DNA from: Acidilobaceae archaeon
GTDB taxonomy: Archaea; Thermoproteota; Thermoprotei_A; Sulfolobales; Acidilobaceae
Direction: 5' to 3'
NCBI GenBank assembly: GCA_038897215.1
Contig: JAWAWX010000001.1
Location: forward strand, 736,001 to 800,000
Length of the DNA stretch: 64,000 nt
Below, piece after piece: positions 28,166-38,197 of the stretch; positions within the stretch are counted from its first letter, which is position 1, and every line of letters starts with the position of its first letter. The notes below the pieces were generated by a model, which did not search any database, was not told the DNA's origin, and saw only the letters and a list, made by a program, of their open reading frames with translations. A program made the translations under genes and the position numbers.

Positions 28166-30925
28166 TTGAGTCTAGTAGACCCTAGAGAGTTCGAGCTACC
28201 CTTCTTTAAGGAGAGGGGGTTTAAGAGACTTCGAGGCAGGAGGTGTGCTGAACACTTCTGGACTCTAAATCAGGAGTTCGACGAGCCTCAAGACGCTCCT
28301 TGCGTCGACTACTGGTTTGACAGAATTCCTGCTAGAGAAGAGCTAGACGTGAGAGGAGCTAGGAGAAAATTCGTAGACTTCTTCCTGAAGCGAGGCCACG
28401 AGTTTCTGCCTCCGAGACCTGTCGTAGCCCGCTGGAGAGAAGACCTCTATTTGACTATAGCTAGCATTGCCGTATTCCAGCCTCACGTGACGAGCGGCCT
28501 CGTCCCACCTCCCGCTAACCCTCTCGTGATAAGCCAGCCAAGCATCAGGCTCGAGGATATAGACAATGTTGGCTTAACTCTCGGAAGACATCTAACGAGC
28601 TTCGAGATGGCTGCTCACCACGCTTTCAACTACCCAGATAGATACGTCTACTGGAAGGATGAGACTGTCAGATACGCCTTCGAGTTCTTCACTGAAGAGA
28701 TAGGAGTGCCCGAGGATATGATAACATTCAAAGAATCCTGGTGGGAGGGTGGAGGGAATGCCGGCCCCTGCTTCGAGGTCTCAGTAGGTGGCATAGAGCT
28801 AGCCACGCTGGTCTTCATGATGTACAAGGTAGAAGACGGCAGATACACTGAGATCCCGCTAAAGATCGTGGATACAGGCTACGGAGTCGAGAGAATAGCC
28901 TGGTATACATCGAAGAAGCCTACAGCATTTCACGCTATCTACGGTGAGGCATTAGAGAAGTTGAGAGAGAAGCTCGGGGTAGAGAGACCCGATGAGAGGA
29001 TACTCTGGGCAGCCTTCAGAACAGCGAGCCGCCTAGACCCCGAGAGCCCGGGAGGCTTGAGGCTGTTCTACGAGAGTGTTGCTAAACTCGCAGAGGAGTC
29101 CTTAGAGAAAGTGACTGAGACTCTCTCGAGAGAAGCTAGATTCTACGCTGTACTCGACCATTCTAAGACCTTGGCGCTAATGCTAGCAGATGGCATAGTC
29201 CCGAGCAACTCTGGAGAAGGCTATTTAGCTAGGCTTGTTGCTAGGAGAGCTTTGAGACAGTTGCTGAAGCTAGGAGCTTCTAGAACTCTAGTAGACCTGG
29301 TAGACTTCCAGATAGACTTCTGGAGCCAGGACTTCCCCCAGCTTAGAGAGAACAGAGACTACATCCTCGATGCTGTCACGCTAGAAGAGGAGAGATTCAA
29401 GGAGGCTCTAGAGAGAGGAGTTAAGCTCGTCGAGAGAGAGCTGAGGAGAGGAGCGTCTCTCACTGTAGAAGACTTGATCAGAATCTATGATAGCCACGGG
29501 GTCCCGCCTGATGTAGTCGCTGAGATAGCTGCCCCCAAAGGAGTAGTAGTCAGTATCCCCCACGATTTCTACTCTCTGGTAGCAAAGAGGCACAGGTCTC
29601 CACCCAGGCTAGCTAAGGAGGTAGAGACGACAGACCTGCCTCTAGAGATTGTCGAGTGGGCTAGAGCCTTCCCCAGCACCAGGCTTCTCTACTACCAGGA
29701 CCCCTACGCTAGAGATTTCGAGGCGATAGTGCTAGGGTCTCGTGACCGCTACCTAGTCCTAGACTCGACTCTGTTCTACTCGAGAGGCGGAGGGCAGTAT
29801 AGCGATACCGGCTACGTGGAGTCTGAGAGAGCAAGGTACAAGGTCGTAGGAGCTGAGAAGGTTGAGGGTGTCGTAGTTCACATCCTCGACAGACCGGCCT
29901 CTGAGCTCTCTCCAGGTACTCGTATACGCGGGAGGATAGATTGGGAGAGGAGATTCAGGATAATGAGGCATCACACGGCAACCCACATAATCCTAGGAGC
30001 AGCGAGGCGCATACTAGGCTCCCATGTCTGGCAGGCTGGAGCGGAGAAGACGGAGGTTAAAGCTAGACTAGACATAACCCACCATAGACCTCTCACTCTC
30101 CAGCAGATCAAGGCGATCGAGGAGCTGGCAAACAGAGTGGTCGATGAGAGGAGGAGAGTGAAGATAGAGTTCGTGAACAAGAACGAGGCTGAGGAAAAGT
30201 TCGGCTTCTCGATATACCAAGGCGGAGTCCCCATGGCTGAGAAGATAAGAATAGTGGAGATCGAGGGCTGGGACGTTCAGGCTTGTGGAGGCACTCATGT
30301 GCTCAACACTGGAGACATCGGGGCGATCAAGCTAGTTAATGTGGAGAAGATACAGGATGGAGTGATCAGACTAGAGTTCATTGCTGGCACGCGTGTAGCT
30401 GAAGAAGCGTCGAGACTTGAGAGCAAGATTAGAGAGATAGCTGAGATAATCGGAGCAGGGAAAGACCAGGAGGTGGAGAGAGCTAGGAGGCTAGTCGAGG
30501 ACCTAGAGGAGATGGAGTCTAAGCTCAAAACGTATAGAGAGCTTTGGCTCGCTAGCCTCAAAGCCGAGGCTCTTAGAGCAGAACCCGTCGGAGGAGTGAG
30601 AATCGTGGTAGCTGAGATGCCTGAAAGAGATAGAGAGGTTGCTCAAGAGGTTCTCCGAAGACTCACTAGTGACGTCGAGGATGTAGTCGCAGGTCTCATC
30701 ATAAAGCTTGATGACGGGATACAGCTAGAGATAGCAGCTGGTCAGAAAGCAGGAGCAAAGCTAGACCTAGGGGCTCTAGCAAAGACACTAGCGTCAAGGC
30801 TAGGAGGTAGGGGTGGAGGCTCGAGAACCTACGCTAGCCTCAGGCTTCAGAGACAGCTATTAGCGAGAGAGGTGCTCGAGGAGGTCAAGCAGTTGGTGTC
30901 TTCGAGCATTGCTACTAATAGTTGA
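28166..30925 (+). CDS. alaS: Alanine--tRNA ligase
   Basis: ARWREDLYLTIASI, DTGYGVER, HTATH/CGGTH editing motifs, GGRGGG; TTG 28166 preferred (TATA at ~28126). Confidence 0.95.
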   Translation: MSLVDPREFELPFFKERGFKRLRGRRCAEHFWTLNQEFDEPQDAPCVDYWFDRIPAREELDVRGARRKFVDFFLKRGHEFLPPRPVVARWREDLYLTIASIAVFQPHVTSGLVPPPANPLVISQPSIRLEDIDNVGLTLGRHLTSFEMAAHHAFNYPDRYVYWKDETVRYAFEFFTEEIGVPEDMITFKESWWEGGGNAGPCFEVSVGGIELATLVFMMYKVEDGRYTEIPLKIVDTGYGVERIAWYTSKKPTAFHAIYGEALEKLREKLGVERPDERILWAAFRTASRLDPESPGGLRLFYESVAKLAEESLEKVTETLSREARFYAVLDHSKTLALMLADGIVPSNSGEGYLARLVARRALRQLLKLGASRTLVDLVDFQIDFWSQDFPQLRENRDYILDAVTLEEERFKEALERGVKLVERELRRGASLTVEDLIRIYDSHGVPPDVVAEIAAPKGVVVSIPHDFYSLVAKRHRSPPRLAKEVETTDLPLEIVEWARAFPSTRLLYYQDPYARDFEAIVLGSRDRYLVLDSTLFYSRGGGQYSDTGYVESERARYKVVGAEKVEGVVVHILDRPASELSPGTRIRGRIDWERRFRIMRHHTATHIILGAARRILGSHVWQAGAEKTEVKARLDITHHRPLTLQQIKAIEELANRVVDERRRVKIEFVNKNEAEEKFGFSIYQGGVPMAEKIRIVEIEGWDVQACGGTHVLNTGDIGAIKLVNVEKIQDGVIRLEFIAGTRVAEEASRLESKIREIAEIIGAGKDQEVERARRLVEDLEEMESKLKTYRELWLASLKAEALRAEPVGGVRIVVAEMPERDREVAQEVLRRLTSDVEDVVAGLIIKLDDGIQLEIAAGQKAGAKLDLGALAKTLASRLGGRGGGSRTYASLRLQRQLLAREVLEEVKQLVSSSIATNS

Positions 30926-31688
30926 CCTCGATGGAGTGATTTGGCTAGGCCGTAAGATACTCTGGGACAATGTAGACTTCCTGAGGTCGCTCGAGAGAAC
31001 TCAGATAGTATTCGTTACCAACAACTCGACAGCTAGTAGGAGAGAGTACGCGGAGAGGCTGAACTCTATCGGCTTTGATGTAACGGAAGACGATGTAGTG
31101 ACTAGCGCTCAAGCCGCAGCACTCTGGCTTAGAGAGCGCTCGGAAAGACTCAAGGTTTACGCTATAGGAGAAAGGGGGCTCTTAGAGGAACTCTCTCTAG
31201 CGGGGCTCAAGATAGTCGATAGCTATGAGGAAGCAGAAGCGGTAGTGGTAGGTCTAGACAGGAGGCTAACCTACGGAAAGCTATCCAAAGCCTTGAAGGC
31301 GATAATGCGAGGAGCGTTCTTCGTAGCGACTAACGAAGACCCCACCTACCCTACCTCTCGGGGAGCTAATCCAGGTGCTGGAGCAATAGTCGCAGCACTA
31401 GAGAGAGCTTCAGGCAGAAAGCCTGACTTCGTTGCAGGTAAGCCTAACCCGTGGATTGCAGAGATAGCTCTTAGAGGTCGCAGAGTCTCTCTAGAAGACG
31501 TCGTCATTATAGGTGATAGAGTCGATACAGACATAGAACTCGCCTTCAGGATAGGCTGTAGAGCAGTACTAGTAGCGAGCATGGAGAGAAGAGGAGAGCT
31601 CTCTCAGCTAAGAAAAAGGGGAGTAATCATAGTAGAGAGTCTGAAGAACCTTCCACCTCTTGAAACACTACAGCAGACTCCCCGGTAG
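30909..31688 (+). CDS. HAD-IIA family hydrolase (NagD-like)
   Basis: DLDGV, TNNS, GKP, GDRVDTD. Confidence 0.9.
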   Translation: MLLIVDLDGVIWLGRKILWDNVDFLRSLERTQIVFVTNNSTASRREYAERLNSIGFDVTEDDVVTSAQAAALWLRERSERLKVYAIGERGLLEELSLAGLKIVDSYEEAEAVVVGLDRRLTYGKLSKALKAIMRGAFFVATNEDPTYPTSRGANPGAGAIVAALERASGRKPDFVAGKPNPWIAEIALRGRRVSLEDVVIIGDRVDTDIELAFRIGCRAVLVASMERRGELSQLRKRGVIIVESLKNLPPLETLQQTPR

Positions 31689-31810
31689 CGAACTCTAGCC
31701 ACTCGACCCCCAGGCTAAGCGCTTAGTGCTAGCTAGAGAGGCCTATAGGAGAATCCGGAGGTCGTGTAGTTAGTCAGCATCTACGAGAGTAGCTTCAAGC
31801 TCTCTCGCGC

Positions 31811-32455
31811 TCAAGGAGGTCTCGGGACTACTACGCTCCTCCTGTAGTCTCTCAGGTTGAAGCTACTTACGTCGAGCTTCTTCACGTCATACCCTCTCAC
31901 TAGCTTCAGGAAATCGTCTACGGGCCTCAAAGGTAGCCTGAGGCCTCTGACTGCGTAATGTATCGGCAAGACGTTCAGAGGTTCTGTCTTCTCGACTATC
32001 GCCCAGGCTTCCGAAGGGCCGATCGTGAATGTCCCACCTACAGGAGTTATCAGTAGGTCGACTCCAGTAATCCTAGCCAAGACAGAGGGCTCAGGCTCCT
32101 CCCCTAAGTCGCCTAAATGCGCTACTCTTACTCCTTCAGCCTCGACTAGGTAAATAGTATTGCTACCTCTTTGCGCTCCTTTAACTTTATCGTGGTAACT
32201 AGGGAGCCCTACTACTCTTAGAGAGTCTAGAATATTCTCGCCTAAACCCATCTTGATGACCCTCGCGCCCGGCTTGGCTACAACGCTTACAGCATTGTGG
32301 TCGAAGTGGTCGTGAGATACGAGAACTATGTCAGCTGACGCTTTAGGCTTAGGTATACCTAAACTGGCTCCATCATGAGGATCGAATACAATCGAGGCAC
32401 CGCTCGATAATCTAAGCTCGACACAAGCGTGACCATGCCACACGACGAGAACCAC
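31811..32455 (-). CDS. MBL-fold metallo-hydrolase
   Basis: GHAC, SHDHFDH, HLGDLG, PIHY. Confidence 0.9.
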   Translation of the reverse strand: MVLVVWHGHACVELRLSSGASIVFDPHDGASLGIPKPKASADIVLVSHDHFDHNAVSVVAKPGARVIKMGLGENILDSLRVVGLPSYHDKVKGAQRGSNTIYLVEAEGVRVAHLGDLGEEPEPSVLARITGVDLLITPVGGTFTIGPSEAWAIVEKTEPLNVLPIHYAVRGLRLPLRPVDDFLKLVRGYDVKKLDVSSFNLRDYRRSVVVPRPP

Positions 32456-32545
32456 TGGTAGCGCACCACTTAGAAGTCTCGAGAGAGGAGAGGTTAAACG
32501 CTTAGTAGAAGCGCGTACAGCGAAAGTAGGGTCGTTTCTTGAGCA

Positions 32546-32591
32546 TTAAGACTTAAATTTCTTAAAACTGTAATACATAATTGGGTGTATT
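32546..32591. promoter_or_regulatory. Two 6-8-6 inverted repeats in a divergent promoter (putative operators)
   Basis: TTAAGA-N8-TCTTAA (32546-32565) and AATACA-N8-TGTATT (32572-32591). Confidence 0.4.
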
Positions 32592-32597
32592 TAAGCT

Positions 32598-33176
32598 ATG
32601 GTGAATAGCGAGGAGCCAGACAGTATTAGAGAAGAGCGGAGGAGGCGTCAAGGTGCTCTACTAAGGGATAGCTATGAGAGCGAGTCCGAGGTTTCAGAGT
32701 CTGCTCTAAGATATCTTAAGGCTATATTCTTGTTGTCAATAAAAGACATCTATGTGAGACTTTCGCTAATAGCGAATACCTTGGGGGTAAGTCTTCCAGC
32801 AGTCAGCATTACCGTAAGGAGACTGCAAGACTCAGGGCTAGTGGAGGTGGATAGCAAGAAGGGAGTGAGGCTGACTAGCGCGGGCCTGGCTCTCGTTATG
32901 AGAAGATGCGCTAAAAGGATGATGATAGACTCGAGCCTCTTCGCTCTAGGCCTCCCAGCTCCTCTAAGGATTGTTATGGCTAAGGTGCTCGAGCTTGGGC
33001 TGGATGAAGAGAGCGTAACCAGACTCTGGATTTATGCGGGACGTCCTCGAGTATGTCCTCTAGGCAATCCCGTCTACACTTTCGATGATATAAGAAACAT
33101 GAGCTTCGAGGAGTTCGCAAGGAGAGCGAGTATATGTTGTCACATGAAGGAGTTATTCGAAAAACGCGCTTCGTGA
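32598..33176 (+). CDS. DtxR/MntR-like winged-HTH regulator with degenerate metal ligands
   Basis: YLKAI, IANTLGVSLPAVS, LTSAG, PRVCPLGNP. Confidence 0.8.
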   Translation: MVNSEEPDSIREERRRRQGALLRDSYESESEVSESALRYLKAIFLLSIKDIYVRLSLIANTLGVSLPAVSITVRRLQDSGLVEVDSKKGVRLTSAGLALVMRRCAKRMMIDSSLFALGLPAPLRIVMAKVLELGLDEESVTRLWIYAGRPRVCPLGNPVYTFDDIRNMSFEEFARRASICCHMKELFEKRAS

Positions 33177-33721
33177 CAGTAATCGAGTTCAGCAGATGGC
33201 TTTGGCTTCTAGCTCTAGCAGTGTTCATAGTAGCTCTGGTTTTCTCCACGTATCTCAACAGAGACTGGTTCTCCTTCACTGCTAACGCTCTAAGCGACTT
33301 AGGTAGCGACCGTGCTAGAGCACCGTTAATATTCAATGCTAGCCTCATTGTCTCAGCAGTAGTACTAGCGGGTTACAGCATCTATCTCTACGAGAGATTC
33401 GGCAAAGCCGTAGCGACATCTATGCTAGCCACGTCTCTAATGCTAGCTGGTGTTGGACTCTTTCCTGAAGGTAGAAGCCTCCACGTCTTCTTCGCGGTGC
33501 TATTTTTCGCTATGGCCTACGTGACGGTGGCTCTCACCTCCATCAAGCTTTACGCTAGAGGGAGCGCTGGGCTCTCTCTCGCGCTAGCTTTCCTGATACT
33601 CGTCGCAATGATGGGTTTGCTTATTCCATGGCCCTCTGTAGCTCTCTTAGAACTTTATCTCATCGCAGTCATGACTCTCTGCTTTCTCTTAATCAGCAAA
33701 GCTGGCTCAAGCCTGGACTAG
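33173..33721 (+). CDS. DUF998-like membrane protein
   Basis: WFSFTANALSDLG, FN, GLFPE, H motifs; several TM helices; GTGA coupling. Confidence 0.75.
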   Translation: MTVIEFSRWLWLLALAVFIVALVFSTYLNRDWFSFTANALSDLGSDRARAPLIFNASLIVSAVVLAGYSIYLYERFGKAVATSMLATSLMLAGVGLFPEGRSLHVFFAVLFFAMAYVTVALTSIKLYARGSAGLSLALAFLILVAMMGLLIPWPSVALLELYLIAVMTLCFLLISKAGSSLD

Positions 33722-34098
33722 TGTAGAGAAACTAGTGTAGTCCTGCACTCTTCATTGTCTAGAGCGTGCCTGTATATAGCTAGTATGTTTTCAGCACTAC
33801 CCTCTATCACAAATACAACTCTACAATAGCTCTCCTCATGGCTGTGAATGTCTAGGAGGACTCTCTCCGAGTATCTCTGAACGACCTCTCTTAGTCTCAG
33901 AGCGTCTCCTATACACGAAACTACTAGGAGAGAGACGCAGTAATGGCTACTCGAGTAGTGCTCGAGTTCATCGAGGTATCTAGATATAGCCTGCTCTACT
34001 AGCCTGCTTCTCTCCATAGATAACCTCAAGCAGAGCTTATCAAGCCTCTCAGCTAAGTCTTCTCTAATGCTGATACCGAATCTCCTCCTGCTAGCCAC
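33718..34098 (-). CDS. NikR-like RHH + ACT-type metalloregulator
   Basis: RFGISI RHH strand, RSRLVEQAI, HSH-x4-C motif. Confidence 0.8.
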   Translation of the reverse strand: MASRRRFGISIREDLAERLDKLCLRLSMERSRLVEQAISRYLDELEHYSSSHYCVSLLVVSCIGDALRLREVVQRYSERVLLDIHSHEESYCRVVFVIEGSAENILAIYRHALDNEECRTTLVSLH

Positions 34099-34966
34099 GC
34101 TTTAACACCCACGCTATCGCAAACATCACGAGCATAGCTATACCTACTCCAGCGGATATAGGTATATCTAAATAGAGAGAGACATGCAACCCTACCATGA
34201 AAGAGAGTAGAGCTGCGACAGTAGAGGCTATAACGTGGAGCCTAGACCCTCTCATCATCATAGCTGAGACAGCTCCAGGTAGTAGTAGAGACACTGCTAC
34301 TATGAGGTAGCCTGTTATCTTAACCATGGTCGCTGACACGATCGCGGTCAACGCCAGCGCTCCAGACTCGTAGAGCCTTACTTTCACGCCAGCACTATAT
34401 GCTAGAACGCGGTCGACGCCGATCAGCCCTATCTCTCTAGCCATCGCGAGAGACGCTAATAGAGTAGCTAGACCTACTAGTAGAGCTAGGAGAGCATCGT
34501 CGAGAGTCGCTAATAGAGGGTCTCCTACCACTAGAGCGTAGACGCTCACCGCTCCGGTCACTGTAACAGCATGGTAGATAGTCAGTGTTGATAAAGAAGC
34601 AGTGACAGCTATCGCTATGGATGCCGCTACATCACTCTCGAGTTTCTCTCTCAATAGACCGACTCCGAGGCCTACGAGTAGAGTAATCCCTACAACGTAA
34701 ACCCAGCTATTGCCTCCCAGATAGTACTCCATTAAGGCGGCTAGTGGAGCAGCGAAGAGAACTATGTGTGGCATCGAGTGAGCTATGAAATAGCTTCGCT
34801 GAAGCGCGACTAGCCCGCTCACAGCCCCGAAGCCTACAGCAGCGCCTAGGAGAGCTAGGAGAGTCTCTCTAGGCAGATGAGGGTGGACAGCTAGAGCTAT
34901 GGTGACTATAGCTATAGCTATCACGGTTACAGCGACAGAGAAGTATTTAGCGAGAGCAACATTCAT
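34091..34966 (-). CDS. Zn/Mn ABC-3 permease (ZnuB-like)
   Basis: AHSMPH, VGDPL, multiple TMs; between the ATPase and the regulator. Confidence 0.8.
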   Translation of the reverse strand: MNVALAKYFSVAVTVIAIAIVTIALAVHPHLPRETLLALLGAAVGFGAVSGLVALQRSYFIAHSMPHIVLFAAPLAALMEYYLGGNSWVYVVGITLLVGLGVGLLREKLESDVAASIAIAVTASLSTLTIYHAVTVTGAVSVYALVVGDPLLATLDDALLALLVGLATLLASLAMAREIGLIGVDRVLAYSAGVKVRLYESGALALTAIVSATMVKITGYLIVAVSLLLPGAVSAMMMRGSRLHVIASTVAALLSFMVGLHVSLYLDIPISAGVGIAMLVMFAIAWVLKRG

Positions 34967-35678
34967 GATCAGACACCCAGTAAGCGTAGAGAGTCTTTGG
35001 GTGAGCTTTCAACAAAACCTCCTCAGGGTCTCCAGCAGCTACTACAATCTTGTTGAGTAACACTACCATCTTAGTCTGCTCTAGTAGCGGGTGCGGGTCG
35101 TGACTAGTCACTACTACGAGCCTTCTTCTAGACTCTTCACCGAGAAGCTCGGCTATCTGCGCTCTCCCCTCAGGGTCAACGGAGGCGAGAGGCTCATCTA
35201 GGAGGATTATGGGAGCTCTAGAGGCTAGAACAGCTGCTAGAAGAGCTCTCTGAAAACTCCCCCCGCTCAGCTCGGATAATCGAGCCTCCCAGGCTCTTCG
35301 CGGTAAGCCCACTTTCTCCAGGTACTCTGCCACGACCTCCCTGCTAGAGCCTCTAGAGAAGACTTCAGCTAGCTCGGCTACAGTCAGGGGTGTGAGGGGT
35401 GGGGGCTTGTTCGTCTGAGGCATGTAAGACACGAGAGCCGAGACTCTCTTATAGTCTTTCGCAACGTCTAGACCGCAAACCAAGACTCTGCCGCTCGAAG
35501 CTTCAAGCATGCCTGCTACAGCCTTTAGTAAAGTGGTTTTACCAGCTCCATTGGGTCCTAGCACTTGGATCAGCTTTGGTCCCTCTAGCTTTAGAGTCAC
35601 GTTCTTCAAAGCGTACAAGTCGCCATACTTGATTGTGAGACTCTCTACGGCTACTTCTAGCGTCTTACACTCCGCTAT
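34947..35678 (-). CDS. Zn/Mn ABC ATPase (ZnuC-like); probable ATA start at 35678
   Basis: GPNGAGKTT, YMPQ, LSGG, LLDEP, SHD; first strand VAVESLTIKYG lies upstream of the called TTG. Confidence 0.85.
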   Translation of the reverse strand: MAECKTLEVAVESLTIKYGDLYALKNVTLKLEGPKLIQVLGPNGAGKTTLLKAVAGMLEASSGRVLVCGLDVAKDYKRVSALVSYMPQTNKPPPLTPLTVAELAEVFSRGSSREVVAEYLEKVGLPRRAWEARLSELSGGSFQRALLAAVLASRAPIILLDEPLASVDPEGRAQIAELLGEESRRRLVVVTSHDPHPLLEQTKMVVLLNKIVVAAGDPEEVLLKAHPKTLYAYWVSDHECCSR

Positions 35679-35742
35679 GGCTTACTCCCCCTATGTTTTA
35701 ACTGTAGTGAAGCCCTATAACCTCTGTGCACAGACCTGGTAG

Positions 35743-36684
35743 TTGGTGAATGTGTCTGTGCACAGCTCTAGGATAGTAATAGTACTAGGGCTCGCTATAG
35801 CCTTAGCGCTGAGCCTCATACCACTAAAGCTGGCTTTCGAGAAGCTTCTCGAAGAGCAGCCAGAGCTAGACAGCGGGGAGTACCTAGTAGCGGTAACGTT
35901 CCCTGGTATTGTGGGAGACCTGGAGAAGCTAGTGGGAAAGGGGAGAGTGGTGCTTGTCGTCACTCCCGAAGCCGACCCACACCACGCCTCGCTAACTCCT
36001 CAGGGTAGGAGAGCTCTCTCCACAGCTCTAGTAGTTGTGACTATGGGGCATACACACATAGACCTCGAGATCGAGAAGCTAAAGAAGAGGGGAGCTATCC
36101 CGGGAGTCTTGATAGACATAACTAAGCTAGAGGGTATTCGTAAGCCTGTTCTCCCAGATGGTAGAATCAACTACCATGAGCTCTACTGCGATCCATTCAA
36201 TCTAGAGACTTTGATGAAAGCCGTGGCTAGAGAGCTAGCGAGAAGCGGGCTCGACGACCAATCGCTCTCAGAGAGGCTGGAGGGCATTCTGAGAGATATA
36301 GAGTCAGTCAAGGCTACGACCGGCATTCTAGGGGGCTACACTGCTATAGTGTCCTATGCTGGTCTACAGCCACAAGTAGAGTGGCTTGGCTTGCAGGTCG
36401 TGCACTATCTAGCTGAAGACATTGACACCAGCCCTTCCTCTAATGCTCTCAGAAGAGCTAGGCTATTACTAGCTAGCGATATAGTGGTAGTCGTGATAGC
36501 TGTTAATGAGAGAGGAGAGCCTCTCACCACAACAGACGCTTGGCTCCTCCGAGAAGCGGAAAAGCTGGGGAGGCCAGTGCTCAAAGTCAGGTTCTGTGCT
36601 CTAGCTACGAGTACTATCGATGTGCTTAATGAGACAACATATGCTGCGATAGAGCTAGCAAAGCTTCTCCGCTCGAGTCGATGA
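35743..36684 (+). CDS. Zn/Mn ABC substrate-binding protein (ZnuA/TroA-like)
   Basis: N-terminal TM, ADPHH..LTP, NYH..DP motifs; divergent from the permease/ATPase genes. Confidence 0.8.
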   Translation: MVNVSVHSSRIVIVLGLAIALALSLIPLKLAFEKLLEEQPELDSGEYLVAVTFPGIVGDLEKLVGKGRVVLVVTPEADPHHASLTPQGRRALSTALVVVTMGHTHIDLEIEKLKKRGAIPGVLIDITKLEGIRKPVLPDGRINYHELYCDPFNLETLMKAVARELARSGLDDQSLSERLEGILRDIESVKATTGILGGYTAIVSYAGLQPQVEWLGLQVVHYLAEDIDTSPSSNALRRARLLLASDIVVVVIAVNERGEPLTTTDAWLLREAEKLGRPVLKVRFCALATSTIDVLNETTYAAIELAKLLRSSR

Positions 36685-36761
36685 GACTCTATGTGTTACA
36701 CCTCGCTACTATGTTTCTGTAGGCGATATTAAGCTCGAGGAGCAAGCACACCATAGAGGGG

Positions 36762-37376
36762 ATGAGGAAGATGAGAGAGTGCACGCCCCGATTAGATTTC
36801 CTACGCCACATATTCAACGCTACTCTAGTCGAGAAATCCTGGGAGAAGCTACCTCCCACAGTCGTCATAGAGGAACTCAAGAAAAGAATGGCTAGAGCTG
36901 AGGATAAGTTCAAGTTCTCGATCTACGGAGGAGACCCCAGAAGACTCGTGGACTTCCTCGATAGCGATGAGTGGAGAGAAATAGTCAACTACGCTAAATC
37001 AATGGATGCTCTCTGGATACTAGAGGAGGCGCTCAAGAAGCTTGAGAGAGAGTATGAGGCCTCCTGCCCAGATGTAGCAGCCAAGGTTGGCACTGTTTTA
37101 GCAAGCCTTGCTGGAGCTAGAGAATACCCCTCTAGCGAGACTAAGAGACAAGAGATCACGCTAGACGTGATAGCTAGAAGGCTCAAGCTAGAGGGCATTC
37201 AGGCAGACATAGTCATCGGAGACCACGGAACCAAATACATCCAGGTCGAGAGGCCTCTCCTCAAGGCTAAGATAGAGGTCTCAGATGGGGTAATCAAATA
37301 CGAGGTCTGCAGGTCGGGGAAAGCTAGCACTATAGAGGGTCTCATAGCGGCTCTCAGAAAATACGAGAGCGCGTAG
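36762..37376 (+). CDS. Hypothetical protein
   Basis: 204-aa ORF with host-like codon usage and SD GAGGGG. Confidence 0.65.
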   Translation: MRKMRECTPRLDFLRHIFNATLVEKSWEKLPPTVVIEELKKRMARAEDKFKFSIYGGDPRRLVDFLDSDEWREIVNYAKSMDALWILEEALKKLEREYEASCPDVAAKVGTVLASLAGAREYPSSETKRQEITLDVIARRLKLEGIQADIVIGDHGTKYIQVERPLLKAKIEVSDGVIKYEVCRSGKASTIEGLIAALRKYESA

Positions 37377-37405
37377 AGCCTCTACTCTGAGAGAGTTGAG
37401 AAAGC

Positions 37406-37846
37406 TTGCCAGCAAAGCTCCTAATCGAGTCCTCGAGAAGCAGGAGAGGCAAGCACGCTGAGAGAAAGATCGCCTTCATAGTCTCCAAAGACCACGTCCG
37501 GGTTCTCGATGAATCTTATTGTAGTCAAGGCAGACCCATGAAGCCTACATACTCTAAGGGGAGAGCGTGCGAGCTAGAGGTAGAGGTTGCTCCAGGAAGC
37601 TACGCGGTTCAACTCAGGCTTGTCAGAAATCTCTGGGGTAGAGTTAAGGGGTGTATTAGCGTCTACGATGCCAGCGGCTCTTTACTCTACAGAGCGTCTA
37701 TCAGGAAGCTTAAAGTAAGGCCCTCTCGAGGCGACTACAGATACCACTGGGTTGTCGAGAAAGTGATAGAGCACATAAAGCTCTCCAGAATCCTGAAGAG
37801 GTATAAGCTACCGCCTAGACTATACAAGATGTTCTCTCATGCCTGA
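37406..37846 (+). CDS. Hypothetical basic beta-rich protein
   Basis: 146-aa ORF, SRRGKH, K/R-rich. Confidence 0.6.
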   Translation: MPAKLLIESSRSRRGKHAERKIAFIVSKDHVRVLDESYCSQGRPMKPTYSKGRACELEVEVAPGSYAVQLRLVRNLWGRVKGCISVYDASGSLLYRASIRKLKVRPSRGDYRYHWVVEKVIEHIKLSRILKRYKLPPRLYKMFSHA

Positions 37847-38136
37847 ACTCTAATCCTCCCCCTCTTCAAGATATACTCTCTCAGAGGTTTAGCTAGATTA
37901 TAGCACTCGCCAGCATCCTCTAAGAACCCCATATCTACGAGTCTCTTAATCACGCTAGCTGGATCCCTAACCTTTCCCGCGAGCCTCAACTCTTTGATAG
38001 CTCTCAAAGAGCCTACTGATATGTTTTCTAGAAAATAGTTCAGTACTTCGCGCTCCTCTTTGCTTAAATCCTTAACCCTATCTAGTAGTCTCGCCGCCTC
38101 GACCATATCCGCTTCTCTGAGAGACTCAGACAACAC
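37837..38136 (-). CDS. pbp2: PolB1-binding protein PBP2 family (winged helix)
   Basis: YFLENISVG..DPASVIKRLVDMGFLE..CYNL pattern recalled from Sulfolobus PBP2. Confidence 0.7.
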   Translation of the reverse strand: MLSESLREADMVEAARLLDRVKDLSKEEREVLNYFLENISVGSLRAIKELRLAGKVRDPASVIKRLVDMGFLEDAGECYNLAKPLREYILKRGRIRVQA

Positions 38137-38197
38137 AGTAGCCCAAGCTAGCCTTACGAGTGTGCGAAGCTTTAGCCGTTCGCTGTAGAAGCACTAA

